DNA of 63,838 bases, the filler included, from Chrysochromulina tobinii (taxonomy: Eukaryota): NCBI GenBank assembly GCA_001275005.1. It is 7 parts of 7 records of this genome, joined end to end, with 100 filler letters (N's around TTAATTAATTAA, not from the genome) between each part and the next. Parts side by side here need not be neighbours in the genome. Positions count along the whole stretch, not along the records: positions 29,470 to 50,403 come from JWZX01001111.1; 6 more parts are not named here. One strand, 5' to 3'. Each line of letters begins with the position of its first letter. Position 1 is the first letter of the stretch. The notes below the pieces were generated by a model, which made no database searches, was not told the origin of the DNA, and saw only the letters and a list, made by a program, of their open reading frames with translations. The position numbers were made by a program, and so were the translations under genes. Positions 32,990-44,666 of this stretch are shown here, in pieces.

Positions 32990-34252
32990 ATGCGCTCGAC
33001 AGCGCTGTTCGTGCTGCTCGTGCCCCTCGTGCGTGGCTGCGACGTGTGCGACGGTCATGCCGCAAAGAAGCTCAAGAGCGGTCAGGTACTCGACATCTCA
33101 GATGATGGCCTGACCCAGCTCGTGGCTGCTCACGACGCCGTCTTCTTGCTTCTCTTCCAGCCTTGGGATGCACGCTCTGATCGGCTCGCCAGTGCCTTTG
33201 ACCGCGTGGCCGCGGTATTGCACCGGACAGGTGGTGCACCGGGGTGCGTCCTGGCACAAATTGACGCTAGCACCTTCCCGGCGGTGCCAGCGGCCCTGCA
33301 TATAGCGGCAGCCTCGCTGCCCACGATACGTGTGCTGCGCGGTGATGCGTCCTTCGGTTATCCGCTGCGATCCGGGGACACGGCTCCAGAGATCGAGGCA
33401 GCCATCCGTTCCGAGCTCGGACGCGCTGGCCGTTCAGTTGTGTCTCGCCTCGACAGCGCCACTCTCACCAACTTGCTGAACAGTACGAAGCCTGGCACTC
33501 GCACGCGCGTCGTCGGCCACCTACGCCACCCGCCACATGTGCGTGCCTTCGAGCAAGTCGCGCATGCCTTCGACAGCGTCATCACCTTTGTGTTGCCGGC
33601 GGCCGCCGCGCCTTTGCCGACCACTGAGAAGCTCACGGCGGCGGCAGTGGCGGCGGCGGCAGCGGAGGAGGATGAGGAGGAGTTAGTGGTTCTTTACCGG
33701 GAAGTGTCGGAGGAGATGGAGGGCGAGGCACCTTTCCTTGAGCTGCGCGTAGCCGCACCGGTCGGCAGTGGCAGGGTGCATGGCAGCAGCTCCACCGCCA
33801 GCACCAGCACCAGCACCAGCACCAGCACCAGCACCAGCACCAGCTCCGTCGGCGGTGCCCGCTCCTCGCTCGGTGCGCACCAGCTCTTCGAGTGGGTACG
33901 TTGGGCGGCTCTCCCTACCGTCTTTGTGCTCACGCCCTCAAGTGCGCGCGCATACCTAACGGATGGTGCGAGCGGTGTGCTCTTCGTACCGGGGCTCAGC
34001 ACCTCGGTTCAGACGCGAGAGTACGCGACGCGTCGTATGCGACGTCTCGCAGAGAGGCTAGGCGCTCAGGCGAACGCGACGGAGAGGCTGTGGCTGCTGT
34101 TGGCCGACTCCCACGACAGGATGCATACACGCCTCCGGGCGCAGCTCGGCCTCGGAAGCGAAGGCGGCAGCGGCGGGGGCAGCGGCGGCGGCGGCAATGG
34201 TGGCGGTGGCAGCTTCGGCAACTTCGGCAGCTTCGGCAACTTCGGCAGCTTC

Positions 34253-34286
<34 letters not shown>

Positions 34287-34648
34287 GCAGCAGCGGCAGC
34301 CGTCGAGGAGCTTCGGTCCATGAGTACGAGTTCGCGATCGTCGTCTTTGCCGGCGCGCGCCTGAGCGAACGTTTCGTGATGCCCACGACCGAGGGCTTCT
34401 CTTTCGACGCGGTACATACCTTCGCCGCCGCCTTTGCAAGCGGCGACCTGCAACGAGCGGCGAGGCGGTTGGAGCTTCTTGCTAAGGCTATGTGGGCGGT
34501 CGCCGGGCTTTCGACTCTCGCGTTCGTGACTGCGGGCTGCCGGAGGCGGCTTCGACCGGTGCGAGACACGAGTGACACGAGCACCGTTGCGGCCGGCCCC
34601 GATCACGATGCTCCTCGACCTCCGTCGGCAAAGAATAAAGCTGTGTGA
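32990..34648 (+). CDS. Thioredoxin-fold / PDI-like ER membrane protein, redox-inactive
   Basis: Signal peptide MRSTALFVLLVPLVRG; Trx-like VFLLLFQPWDARS..LAQIDA..LPTIRVLR; C-terminal TM helix; terminal KNKAV fits KxKxx ER retrieval. Confidence 0.7.
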
Positions 34649-34804
34649 AAAGTGCACATTCACAACAAATTTGTACTGTACCGGTACGTCCGATAATTCA
34701 CAGTCAATGGTCATAATTCACACTTATTTCTTTGCTCGATCTATGCAGGACCAGGTGGAGACCAAAACAGCAGCAGCCAGAAGGCCTTCTTTGGACGTCG
34801 GGCA

Positions 34805-36438
34805 ATGCTCACGCGCGCCCAGCGCGTGTACTTTGCCCACCCCACCCTGACACCGCATCATCGATTAGCGCTGCATACGGCGTTCGTAGCCCTGCGTCGA
34901 TCTTACGATTCCTTGGGCATCATCGCGACGGTTGGCGCGCTGATGCCTGCGATCCGGCGGTGGCGAGATGTGTGCAACGCGGCGAGGCGCCTTCGTGCCG
35001 GCGATGTCTATGGTTGCCACGCACGCCTCCATGCGGCCGTTCGCCAGTGGCACGTACGACTAGCCTACGCCTCGTGGTGGATGAATCATTTGATGCACGT
35101 GAGGGTTGCCTCGCACGCAGCCGCGCTCGAGTCGGCATTGTGCCTGTGGCGCCAATACCGCCCCAACCCGTCCGAGCTGCTGGTGGCGCATCGCTGCTTC
35201 CTCGTGCGCGGGCGCAAGGCCATAGCAGCGTGGTGGGCCTTCTCGGTGAGCCGACGAGCCCTTGGCAGCGCAAAGCGCCAGCTGCTGCGTCGCAGGGGGC
35301 AGCGTGAGGCCATGGCAGCGTGGTGGGTTTACGTGATGAGCCGACGAGCCGTCTGTGCCGCAGATCGCCAGCTGACGCATCGGTGCTTCCTCGTGCGCGG
35401 GCGGCAGGCCATGGCAGCGTGGTGGGTTCATACGGCGAGCGGACGAGCTCGGTCGAAGCGCAGCCGAAGACTTGCGCACGAGGACTTCCTCCGGCGCGGG
35501 CTCGCGAGATTCAACCCGAGATTCAACCCGAGATGCGCGCACCGGGACTTCCTCCGGCGCGGGCGCAAGGCGATGGCAGTGTGGCGGGCCCATGCGGCGC
35601 TTAGGCTAAGGGCCTCGGCCCTGGCGCGCATCACGGTTGCAGTCGAGCTGAAGGGCGACGCCAACGACCTTGGGCAGGGCGAGCAGGAGCATCGTGACAG
35701 CTTGACAGCTCTGCGGGAGGCTTTCCTTATTTGGCGCGTGGCGTGCGGCGAAGCCGTGCTTGCATGCCTGCGACGACAGACGGCCGACGCGATGCTGCGC
35801 TGCCGCACCGCCGCCGGCTTTTGTCGTTGGCGGCAGGTGACGAACGAGGAGCGTGTTGCGTGGCTTTCGCATCGGCTGTCGCAGAAGCTCTCGGGGCGTC
35901 CCGCCAAGGTGCTGGCCAGCCCGAGCACCCCAGTCACGCCGATCGGCGCCCCTTCATCTCCCGCGCCGCTCTCGCCGGCAAGACAGCAGATACCCGTGGT
36001 CTTGACACGACAGCTGACACCCGCCGCGGCGCGTGCACTGGACCTGTGGAAGCCCCTCTCCCCTGGAATCGCCCCGGGCTTCGCCCCGGGCGCGATGCCC
36101 CTTTCCCCTGGAGTGGACCTGTGGAAGCCCCTCTCCCCTGGAGTCGCCCCGGGCGTCGCCCCGGGCGCGATGCCCCTCTGCCCGAGCATCTCCCTGGGCG
36201 GCGGAATCGGCGGCAGACCCGGCGCGGGTGGTGGTAGTACCAGTAACCCCGTCGCTCGTGGTAGCCGAGTCGCTGGGAGCAGCTCTGATGCAGTCCCAGC
36301 CACAGTTGCGACGTTCACAGACGCGGGAGCGTCGGACGAAAAGGTCGACCAACTACCAACCACTCAACCATGGAGTGATAGCACCGGCGATACAGTGGCC
36401 GCGCGCGGAGAGGCCGCATCGATGGCGGAGACCAAGCC

Positions 36439-36481
<43 letters not shown>

Positions 36482-36595
36482 CTTGAGGACGATGTGGCCT
36501 CTGGCGGCGCCGTCGCGGCGAAGCGGAAGAGGAAGAAGAAGAAGAAGAAGAAGAAGGAGAAGACAACGAGCAATGAGGAAGCGAAGAGGCCCTGA
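34805..36595 (+). CDS. Hypothetical protein with Trp/Arg repeats (Sfi1-like) and poly-D/poly-K tail
   Basis: 596-aa ORF; repeated RGRxAMAAWW units; duplicated DLWKPLSPG block. Confidence 0.55.
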
Positions 36596-36926
36596 CCGTG
36601 GCATGATCTTCCTGTTCCTCTCCTCTGCCTCGCTCTAAGAGAGATTAGCACTCGACATTTAGCCAGACCAAAAGGTGTACCGGTAGGTAGGTTCCACAGG
36701 AAGCAGGATAGAGCTGCGCTCGAATTCGCTGAGCCGGAAGATGACCAGCTAACAACACGTTTATCTTGCACGCCTAATCACACAGAACAGTGTTGGCACC
36801 TTTGCTTTCGAGAGACAAGCCCGAAACCCATGAAAACCCAACTTCCCCCACACCCAAATTGGTCTCGTCATCGACGTCGCAACGGCCGAGACGCGCATCC
36901 TTTTTGGGCAGTCGCGGCAGGTCGCG

Positions 36927-39900
36927 GTGCCCATGGCGACCGATGCAGAAGATACAACCTTGGGTTCTGATGAATCATCGCCACCAGGTGAAGACGGTAC
37001 CATCGCAGAGCCAGGCGATGATGCGATGATGGAACACGCCGCTGCTGAGGCCAGGATCTTCGAGCAGGTGGCGGCTCGTCAACTAGCATCGCTTGCTCTT
37101 GAAGATCGCATCGCCAAACAAACAGCTGGCGGAGCGTCGGCGCGTGGGCTGTCGAGTCGAATGAGTGATGTGGCGGGTGTCTTCAAGCGCTCCCTTTCCT
37201 TTGCTGGCCGCGCGAAGAAGAGTGACGGAGGTGCACAACCAGCAGAAGGCATGCAAAGCTTTGAAGGAAGCCCTAACTTCACTCAGGGTGAGCCGAGCAG
37301 CAGTCGCGAACGGCAGACGATGCCATTGCGTGCACTCCCGCCACCGACGGCACTCCCACCACCAACGGCCGCAGCCAGACTCCTTCTACCCACATTGCAG
37401 ATACCTGCACCACTCGCAGAGCCGTCGAGAGCGTCGTCGTCGAGAGTGTCGTCGTCCGTGCGGTGTAAGTCTTCCGCGCGACGACGCGCTGAGCACCCGC
37501 CATCAGCGCGCACTGCTCGAAAGGAGATGGAAGAGGAGGACGTGGGTGCGATCCCATTGCTCGAGCGCCCGCCGTCGGCGCGGCGTCAGTCTTCGGCGCG
37601 ACGATACAACTTGGTAGGATCATCACCCGAAGCGGTTCAGCTCTCCGTGCACGGAAATCCGCCACCATGGCAGTCCGATGTGCCGGCTACGCCTACGCCG
37701 CGTACGCTCATCCGCGAAATCGGGTACGAGATCGGCCGCGAGATCAGTAGCCATCTCGAGGAACAGCAGCAGCAGTGGCTGCAGCAGCAGTTCACGCCGT
37801 TGAATGGACCATCGCTTCGATCGCAACCAGCCAAAGGAGAACCCACAATCGTTGCGTTCCCGGTGAAGGTCTTCAAGGACGGCACTACACCAATTGGGAT
37901 CCAGCTTCAGGGCACAGCTGGCGAGCCACCGACCATCATTGAGGTGGACCCAAACTCGCCGGCCGCGCAATGCCGGCCTCAGTTGCAGGTGGGCATGCGC
38001 ATTCTGGCCATCAATGGCCAGCGCGTGCTCGGACCGCAAGAGAGCAGCAGACTCTTGACAAATGCAGTCGGCATAGTCGAGATGGAAGTGTCTCAGAAGA
38101 TCGAGGGAGACGCTCACCCAAACCTTGCATCAGGAGCGCTCCTGACCGCATCCGTGGGTTCTGCTTTTGCCCGCTCGTCCGAGTGGCCACCTTTGAGCCC
38201 ACGCTCCTCCAGCGAGACGCCGGCTCAGCGAGACACCTCGTGGCTCCTCAGCCGCAGCATCCGGTCCATGGTGCAACAGCAAGTCTCTTCGTTCTCCTCG
38301 CGGGATGGATCCGCAGAGCCCTACTCCCAGACAGAGCTTCGGAGGCTGCGCAACGAGGACAAGACCCCGTTGCTTGGCGCAGGAAGGATCAGCTCTTCAG
38401 CAAAATACTTTTCGAGGGGGAATGACCGGGAGCTCGAGGAGGGATGCCACGACGCGCGCAGCCTGCGCATCATCTCGCTAAGAGCGCAGTACGCCCAACA
38501 ATGCGTTGCAGGAGGTAGCTCCACAGGTTCAGATATGGCAGCTAGAATGCTCGCCTATCTATACGCCTCGTTGACGGGAATTGTGGGCTCGTTCGTGGGA
38601 TACCTCGCCGGGTACGAGGCTGTGACGACCATTGTGCTGGTCTTGCACGGAATGGCAGCGGTAGCGGCGGCCATGTGGCCTCCGCAAGCCAAGCACTTCG
38701 ACTCCAAATGGATGCGACAGGCAGCCGCTTGGGCCGAGAGGGCTAGGCATCGGCTCGTCAAAGGAGAGACACTAATTTGGAAGCGGCGGGAGGCCGCGAC
38801 ACACATACAAAAATTCGCACGGGCACAGCTGGCAAAGGCCCAGTATAAGCAGCTCAGGACGGCTATTGTCCGTATCCAAGCGAACTTCCGTGGCTACCTG
38901 TGCAGAAAGAACGAGAAAGTAGCTTCTTTCTGCAGCCATCTTGCATCGGTGCTCCTGTGGCCAGTGAATCGCTTGCAGAATGCTGGTGCCTTGGCTCGAG
39001 GCCTGGCGACGCGCGTGGGCGAAAGCTTGGCGGCCATTGCCGCGCTCGCATGGTTCTTCAGCTCATTTGGCTGGCTCATGGCGATCGGCATTCAGCTGGC
39101 CATGGCTGGCAACGGAGCTCGCGAAGTGTCCGTCCTCCTCAAGTATCCGCCCCTCGAGCCGGCTAACTATACGATCGTGCTCGTCGCTGCACTCGTGCCG
39201 ATGCTCGACACCCTCGATGCGGCTTGGCAAGTCGTCCGTGAGCAGCTGAGCGCTCGTCTGCCAACGTGCGAACGGTGGATCATCGCGCCATGCGCGCATG
39301 CAATGTTGTGGCTTCTTGGCTGCGTAGCATCGCTGCTTGGATGCCTGCTCTGGCCGTTCACCGCCGCTGCCCGAGCTGTGAACGAGGCCATTAAGGAGCT
39401 CGTCAGCGAGGCGATCATGCGGAAGACATCGATCGTCCATGCAAAGGCCGAGGCGAAGCGCACCCATGGACATGCTGAGACGGAGTCGTCCTTCGGTAGC
39501 GCTAACATCCCTGACGCCTTCTTCCGCTGCGTGCACGACTCTGCCTTCGGTCGATGGGTGAGGGTAGTCATCGCACCTGCATTCTACGAGTACGGGCAGA
39601 TGGTACGTGGCTCACCCGCTAAGTCTCTCGCTGCAATACTGGCGTTCGTCCTTCTCGTGAACAAGTATGAGCTCCAGGTCCGTAGCTGGCTCCCGACACC
39701 GTACAAGAGCGCGGGCAAGCTTACAGAGCTGTGGGCGGTCGGAATTGTCGATGTGTCCTCAACGCAATCTCCGAGCTGCATGGCAGGGTCGACCAATTCC
39801 TTTTGCCCCATTCTGGGGCCGCCGCGTGTCGCCACGGTCTGCGCCGATCGAGCAGCCGACCCGAATCAAGCGTGGTTTCCCGCGTCGAGTGATCGCAAGC

Positions 39901-42900
39901 CTCCAGAGTTTGTGACGGTCAGCTTTGGCCAGCAGCCTTTGCTGGCGTCAGAGCTCGTCGTCTACACCACCTCGAACAGCTCTTTTATTCGGCGGGTGGG
40001 CGTGCTTGATGAGGTCACCATGCGCCGAGCCGACTTTCTGCTCGAGGACGAGGAGGTAATTGTTGGAGAGGGGGAGTTCCAGAGGCACATCTTTGTGCAG
40101 CATGAGCGATATGAAGTCACGCACGGCGGGTGCGTTGGCACGCTTACGTTTCACGTGCCTGTGCTCACCAGCGAGGTGTCAGTGGTCCTGTGGGATGGGA
40201 TCCGCGCACAACCTGGCGGCATCACTGCGCTGAAGCTCCGGGGCGTAGCTCCAGTAGACGCAGCTCAGCAAGCAAGCAGAGACTTGCCTCGCTTCAGCAC
40301 AGCCTTCGGAAGGAGTCTCGTGGTGGACGACTTTCATCCAGATCTCATCAGCCGTGGCCTGCAAGAGCTGGTTGGAAGAGCTCCGAAGAAGCACCGCAAC
40401 CGCAACGCGACAGTCTCATCTGAATCTGAAGGCGACGAAGAGCAGACCGTGCTCAAGCTCATCTGGGAGGCGCTCGGTGATCTGGGCTTCGAGATTGATT
40501 GGCTTGAGGTGTTCTACACGATGCTCGAAAACATTGGCGTCCTCGCGACGGGTGCAGCCACATCCGCAACCGTCGTTTCTCAGATCAAGCCCAAGGACTA
40601 TGCCGAGGCGCAGGCTAAGGAGAAGGAGCGGGCGCGCTCGATGGAGCTGGAACGTGCAGCGGAGAGGGCGAGTCTCGAGGATCTTCAGCTGCATGGCCGC
40701 AAACCGTCCTCAGCTCTTAAGGCAGGGCTCATCGTCACTGGCGCCCTAACTTGTATGGCGGCTGCTGCCTGGGGTGTGACACTCCTGCCGCCGCCCGCAC
40801 CACCTGCCCCACCGCCGCCACCGCCGCCTCCGCCTCTCATGCCGCCACCTTCGTCACCCGCGCCACCTTTAATCCCTCCGATGCTTCCCCCCTCGCCACC
40901 GTCTCCGGCACCCCGCCTGCCCCCATCGCCGCCGCCCTCCTCACCGTCACCAAGCCCACCGCCCTTACCGTCGCCACCGCCTCCTCCGCCCTCACTGCCT
41001 CCCTCGCCACCTCCCTTGCTACCACCCTCGTCGCCACCCTCTCCACCGCCATCGCCTCCGCCCTCACCGCCGCCCTCGCGGCCACCGTCACCACCGCCTT
41101 CGCCCCCTCCGCCTACGCCACCGCCTCCCTCGTTGCCGCCAGCCACTCCGGTACCATCGCCGCCACCGCCGTCGCCACCGCCACCATTGCCACCACCGCC
41201 GCAGCCGCCGCCGCCATTCCAACCGCCACCCATGTTCCCTCCGTCGCCGCCACCTCCATCCCCGCCACCCTCGCCTCCTCCGCCCGGACCACCGCCACCA
41301 TGGCCGCCTCCGCCCTCACCGCCACCATTACCACCTCCACCGTCGCCGCCGCCTCTTCCTCCCCTCGCACCCTACATGCATGAGGTGATCGGCCGTGCGA
41401 TATGGGATTCGTTCTACTGGTCAATCCCTACTGTGATGATCTGGATCGCTGGGCTCGTCTGCGCAAACTGGTGCTACAGCTGCAAGTCGCGGCTAGACGC
41501 TTATCTGCTCGCGCGCGCGGTTGCAAGAGAGCCTTTCGAGCGCGAAGCGGCGGACAGGATCAAGCGCGAGGCGGCAAAGTTCCAGTTAGAGCTTGAAGCG
41601 GAGAGACGACGCTTGGCTAAGGAGCGTGAGGCCATGGAGAACTTCTTCGAACAGAAGCTCGACGCTGCCCATCGGGAGACGCAGGAGGAGGTGGCGCGGC
41701 GCAAAGCCACAGAGGAGGAGGCGATCGCGCTCGGGGTGGCTGCTGCTCAACGCGAAACGAAGGGGGCTGTTGCCAATAAGTTTTCGAGAGCGCTCGCGAT
41801 GAGCAACTTCGAGAATGAGAAGGCGGCTCTGGAGGAGGCGAGAGGAGCTGCACTTGCTGAAGCAGATAGGGAGAGGGCGGAGCAGCTGATGAACTTGGAG
41901 ACAGAGCACGCAGCAGAGATGGAAGCGGAGCGGGCAGGTGGCTACAAGCAGCTTCAAGAATCAAGCCTCAAGCTTCAAGCGGCCATCGAGCAGGAGAAGA
42001 AGGGGTCCGTGGCTCATAAATTTTCGACGGCCGTCGCGAAGAGCAAGTTTGAGATGCAGAAGGCGGCTGTGGAGCAAGAGAGAGAAGCTCAGCTCGCCGA
42101 AGCGGATAGACTGAGGGCAGAGCAGCTGATGAAAGCGCAAGAGGATCACACCGCAGAGCTGGAAGCCGAGCGGGAAATGGCGATGCAGGAGCGTCAGGCA
42201 CTGGAGCTCTTGCTCCAAAAGTCACGTCAGGCCGCCAAGCAGGAAGAGGTGGAGCATGCTGCAAAGCTGGAAGCTGAGCGGCAACGGGCCACGGAGGAGC
42301 GCAGAACCACGGAGCGCGGATTTCAGGCCCAACTGGAAGCGGCACGCAAGACAGCTTTGGATGAGCAGGCGCGGCGCTTGGCTGCCGAGGGAAGCACCAT
42401 GCGACATGTGTTAGCGGCAGAGGCGGCGCGGCTCGAGCACGAAGCAATCGAGCGCGCGCTGCAAGCGCAACTGGAGGCGGCACGCCAGGCAGCCGAACAG
42501 GAGGAGGCGGAGCACATTGCAAATATTGAGGCAGAGCAGCGCAGGGCCAAGGAACAACGCGAAGCGATCGAGCGATCGCTGAAGGATCAGCTCGAGGCGG
42601 CACGCCGCGACGTGTCAGAGGCGGAGACGCAGTGGAAGCTCGCGGAGGCGAACATGAAGGAGGCTCTGCGTCAGGCCCACTCTCAGCAGGAGCTGGCGGC
42701 ATGGGTGAAGCGGCAAGCGAATATCAAGCAGCTCATCGAGAAGCGGTACACGAACCTCTGGACTCTCAGCTGGTCCGAGACCCAGCTGGTCGGGATGTTC
42801 TCCATCTCAGGCGAGGCTGAAGAGGCTGCGATCAAGGCGCAGCTGAGTGACGTTGTGTCCAAATACTTCCCGACGATTGTGGACATCTACCTGAGGTACT

Positions 42901-44015
42901 GCAGCACGGTGGAGACCATGGCCACGAAGAGCAGCGACAAGGACGTGGTGGCGAAGAAGAGCAGCGACAAGGACGCGAAGAAGAAAGAGGACGACAGCAA
43001 GAGCAGTGGAGAGTTCGTGATTGAGAGCGAAGGCGGCTTTGCATTTGGATGGGACGTACAGATGCCCAAGAAGGCATGGCTGCAGTTCTGTCAGGATCTC
43101 GGCTCGTCTGCCCTTGACCCTAAGAAAGCGGCGCAGATATTTACAGTGGTGAACGACCTGCGCGACAAGCGGATCGAGTTGAGGAAACTCGAGGCGCTCC
43201 ACAAAGGAATCGGGGTGACCAAGTCGGACGAATTGCTCTTTGCTGCTCAGATGGCTCTCGACGCGAATACGTTCAGCATGAGTGAGTTCCTCGAGGCATG
43301 CGTGCGTTCTGCAACCTTAGTTACGAAAGCTGACCAGCGCGTCATGGACAAGTGTGACAAAGCGCAAGAGGCGGTTATAACCATGCTCGACGATTGGCTC
43401 ATGCCGTTCGCGGCTCGCAATGGAATCCGTGGGTTCCGCGAAGCCATGGGCTCGTCGCCCGAGCTCCAGTTGCTCAGATTGGATCTCGGGCAGCCATTCA
43501 CGCGCCTCTTCAATGCGCACGCCACGGCGGCCGTCTCGAGCGGCTCCAAGGTCGTGGGCGTCTCCTTGCACCGCTTCCTTGAGATTGCGGAAGTAGCTAA
43601 GGCCGGGCTGAGCCGCGCGCGGGTGAAGACGGCGTACGTGCAGAGCCTTGGGCTCGACGCCGTTTCTTCGGCGCTGTTGCGCGGAGCGAAGCTGCTCACG
43701 GAGGATACGCTGTGGGAGGCCCTGCTCCGACTGGCTCTGATCATTTGCGAGGAAGGAACCACAGGTCCTCACGACCAAAGGAATCCATTCAGGCTCGCCG
43801 CGTTGGATGAGGCGCAGCTGCGGGCAGTGCGCTCTGAGCTCGAAGCGATGGTGCTCTACTGCCCTGCGAGCTCAAAAGAAATCTCAGCCCTAAGTGCGGC
43901 AAAGGCTCTGCAGGGGGCTGCACGCGGTATGGCATCGAGGCGGAAGGGCAAGGCTCCCCTTTCGAAGCCTCTATCAAAGCCGAAGGCGGGCACGGGCGGT
44001 TTTGTACTAGCTTGA
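36927..44015 (+). CDS. Large multi-pass membrane protein with PDZ domain, IQ motifs, Pro-rich stalk and coiled coil
   Basis: Intronless 2362-aa ORF. PDZ (PIGIQLQG..IIEVDPNSPAA..LQVGMRILAINGQ), IQ (AATHIQKFAR, IVRIQANFRGYLCRK, ALQGAARGMASRR), hydrophobic helices, E/A/R-rich coiled coil. Confidence 0.85.
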   Translation: MPMATDAEDTTLGSDESSPPGEDGTIAEPGDDAMMEHAAAEARIFEQVAARQLASLALEDRIAKQTAGGASARGLSSRMSDVAGVFKRSLSFAGRAKKSDGGAQPAEGMQSFEGSPNFTQGEPSSSRERQTMPLRALPPPTALPPPTAAARLLLPTLQIPAPLAEPSRASSSRVSSSVRCKSSARRRAEHPPSARTARKEMEEEDVGAIPLLERPPSARRQSSARRYNLVGSSPEAVQLSVHGNPPPWQSDVPATPTPRTLIREIGYEIGREISSHLEEQQQQWLQQQFTPLNGPSLRSQPAKGEPTIVAFPVKVFKDGTTPIGIQLQGTAGEPPTIIEVDPNSPAAQCRPQLQVGMRILAINGQRVLGPQESSRLLTNAVGIVEMEVSQKIEGDAHPNLASGALLTASVGSAFARSSEWPPLSPRSSSETPAQRDTSWLLSRSIRSMVQQQVSSFSSRDGSAEPYSQTELRRLRNEDKTPLLGAGRISSSAKYFSRGNDRELEEGCHDARSLRIISLRAQYAQQCVAGGSSTGSDMAARMLAYLYASLTGIVGSFVGYLAGYEAVTTIVLVLHGMAAVAAAMWPPQAKHFDSKWMRQAAAWAERARHRLVKGETLIWKRREAATHIQKFARAQLAKAQYKQLRTAIVRIQANFRGYLCRKNEKVASFCSHLASVLLWPVNRLQNAGALARGLATRVGESLAAIAALAWFFSSFGWLMAIGIQLAMAGNGAREVSVLLKYPPLEPANYTIVLVAALVPMLDTLDAAWQVVREQLSARLPTCERWIIAPCAHAMLWLLGCVASLLGCLLWPFTAAARAVNEAIKELVSEAIMRKTSIVHAKAEAKRTHGHAETESSFGSANIPDAFFRCVHDSAFGRWVRVVIAPAFYEYGQMVRGSPAKSLAAILAFVLLVNKYELQVRSWLPTPYKSAGKLTELWAVGIVDVSSTQSPSCMAGSTNSFCPILGPPRVATVCADRAADPNQAWFPASSDRKPPEFVTVSFGQQPLLASELVVYTTSNSSFIRRVGVLDEVTMRRADFLLEDEEVIVGEGEFQRHIFVQHERYEVTHGGCVGTLTFHVPVLTSEVSVVLWDGIRAQPGGITALKLRGVAPVDAAQQASRDLPRFSTAFGRSLVVDDFHPDLISRGLQELVGRAPKKHRNRNATVSSESEGDEEQTVLKLIWEALGDLGFEIDWLEVFYTMLENIGVLATGAATSATVVSQIKPKDYAEAQAKEKERARSMELERAAERASLEDLQLHGRKPSSALKAGLIVTGALTCMAAAAWGVTLLPPPAPPAPPPPPPPPPLMPPPSSPAPPLIPPMLPPSPPSPAPRLPPSPPPSSPSPSPPPLPSPPPPPPSLPPSPPPLLPPSSPPSPPPSPPPSPPPSRPPSPPPSPPPPTPPPPSLPPATPVPSPPPPSPPPPLPPPPQPPPPFQPPPMFPPSPPPPSPPPSPPPPGPPPPWPPPPSPPPLPPPPSPPPLPPLAPYMHEVIGRAIWDSFYWSIPTVMIWIAGLVCANWCYSCKSRLDAYLLARAVAREPFEREAADRIKREAAKFQLELEAERRRLAKEREAMENFFEQKLDAAHRETQEEVARRKATEEEAIALGVAAAQRETKGAVANKFSRALAMSNFENEKAALEEARGAALAEADRERAEQLMNLETEHAAEMEAERAGGYKQLQESSLKLQAAIEQEKKGSVAHKFSTAVAKSKFEMQKAAVEQEREAQLAEADRLRAEQLMKAQEDHTAELEAEREMAMQERQALELLLQKSRQAAKQEEVEHAAKLEAERQRATEERRTTERGFQAQLEAARKTALDEQARRLAAEGSTMRHVLAAEAARLEHEAIERALQAQLEAARQAAEQEEAEHIANIEAEQRRAKEQREAIERSLKDQLEAARRDVSEAETQWKLAEANMKEALRQAHSQQELAAWVKRQANIKQLIEKRYTNLWTLSWSETQLVGMFSISGEAEEAAIKAQLSDVVSKYFPTIVDIYLRYCSTVETMATKSSDKDVVAKKSSDKDAKKKEDDSKSSGEFVIESEGGFAFGWDVQMPKKAWLQFCQDLGSSALDPKKAAQIFTVVNDLRDKRIELRKLEALHKGIGVTKSDELLFAAQMALDANTFSMSEFLEACVRSATLVTKADQRVMDKCDKAQEAVITMLDDWLMPFAARNGIRGFREAMGSSPELQLLRLDLGQPFTRLFNAHATAAVSSGSKVVGVSLHRFLEIAEVAKAGLSRARVKTAYVQSLGLDAVSSALLRGAKLLTEDTLWEALLRLALIICEEGTTGPHDQRNPFRLAALDEAQLRAVRSELEAMVLYCPASSKEISALSAAKALQGAARGMASRRKGKAPLSKPLSKPKAGTGGFVLA

Positions 44016-44666
44016 TCAGATACTTGAATTCGGCAGGATAGAATCGAGGTTCGAGTCGGAGAGCACGTACTACGTAGTAATAGAAGTTTAGCGTTTAAAT
44101 TTAGTCAAGACTTACGGACTTAGACGAGGCACGAGCTGCACACGGCCCCGGCGGCGGCCGGCGCTTTACGCACAACGCAGTGGCAGGAAAGCAGATTCGA
44201 GATACCACGTGTGGCGGGCCGATTTGCGATTAGTCCGTTATAGCTTACCACGAACGGTTACGATCCGCTTAAGCCTTAACGAACCGCCCCCCTCGCTCGC
44301 GAGAGTCACCAGGCGTTAGGTACTGTCAGTCCTTTCAGACAAAATTTCTGGATTACTCGCAATTCACACCTGCTGTCGCAATTTGACGAAATTACTTTCG
44401 CCGACCTGTGAGCTTGATCACTACTATAGGCGACACGGCCGGCAGCGTGTGCGCCGCAGGCTCCCGCGAACGCCCGCCGAACGCCTCGTCGCCTCCTGCA
44501 GTCGCCTCCCTCGTTGTCGCCAGGAATACCTCCCTCGTTGTAGGAACTGCCGAGCCTCGATCACACGTTATAAAAAAGTCCGAACTTTTCGCCGTCGCCG
44601 CCTCGTTGACGAATCCTCCGGAAATATGAAAAAACCCGGACTGAAAAAGCCGAGCCTTGCAGCCCC

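Noticed and set aside
36421..36570. Poly-D/poly-K tract resembling the MetAP2 N-terminus
   Set aside because: Low-complexity similarity only; no peptidase domain follows.
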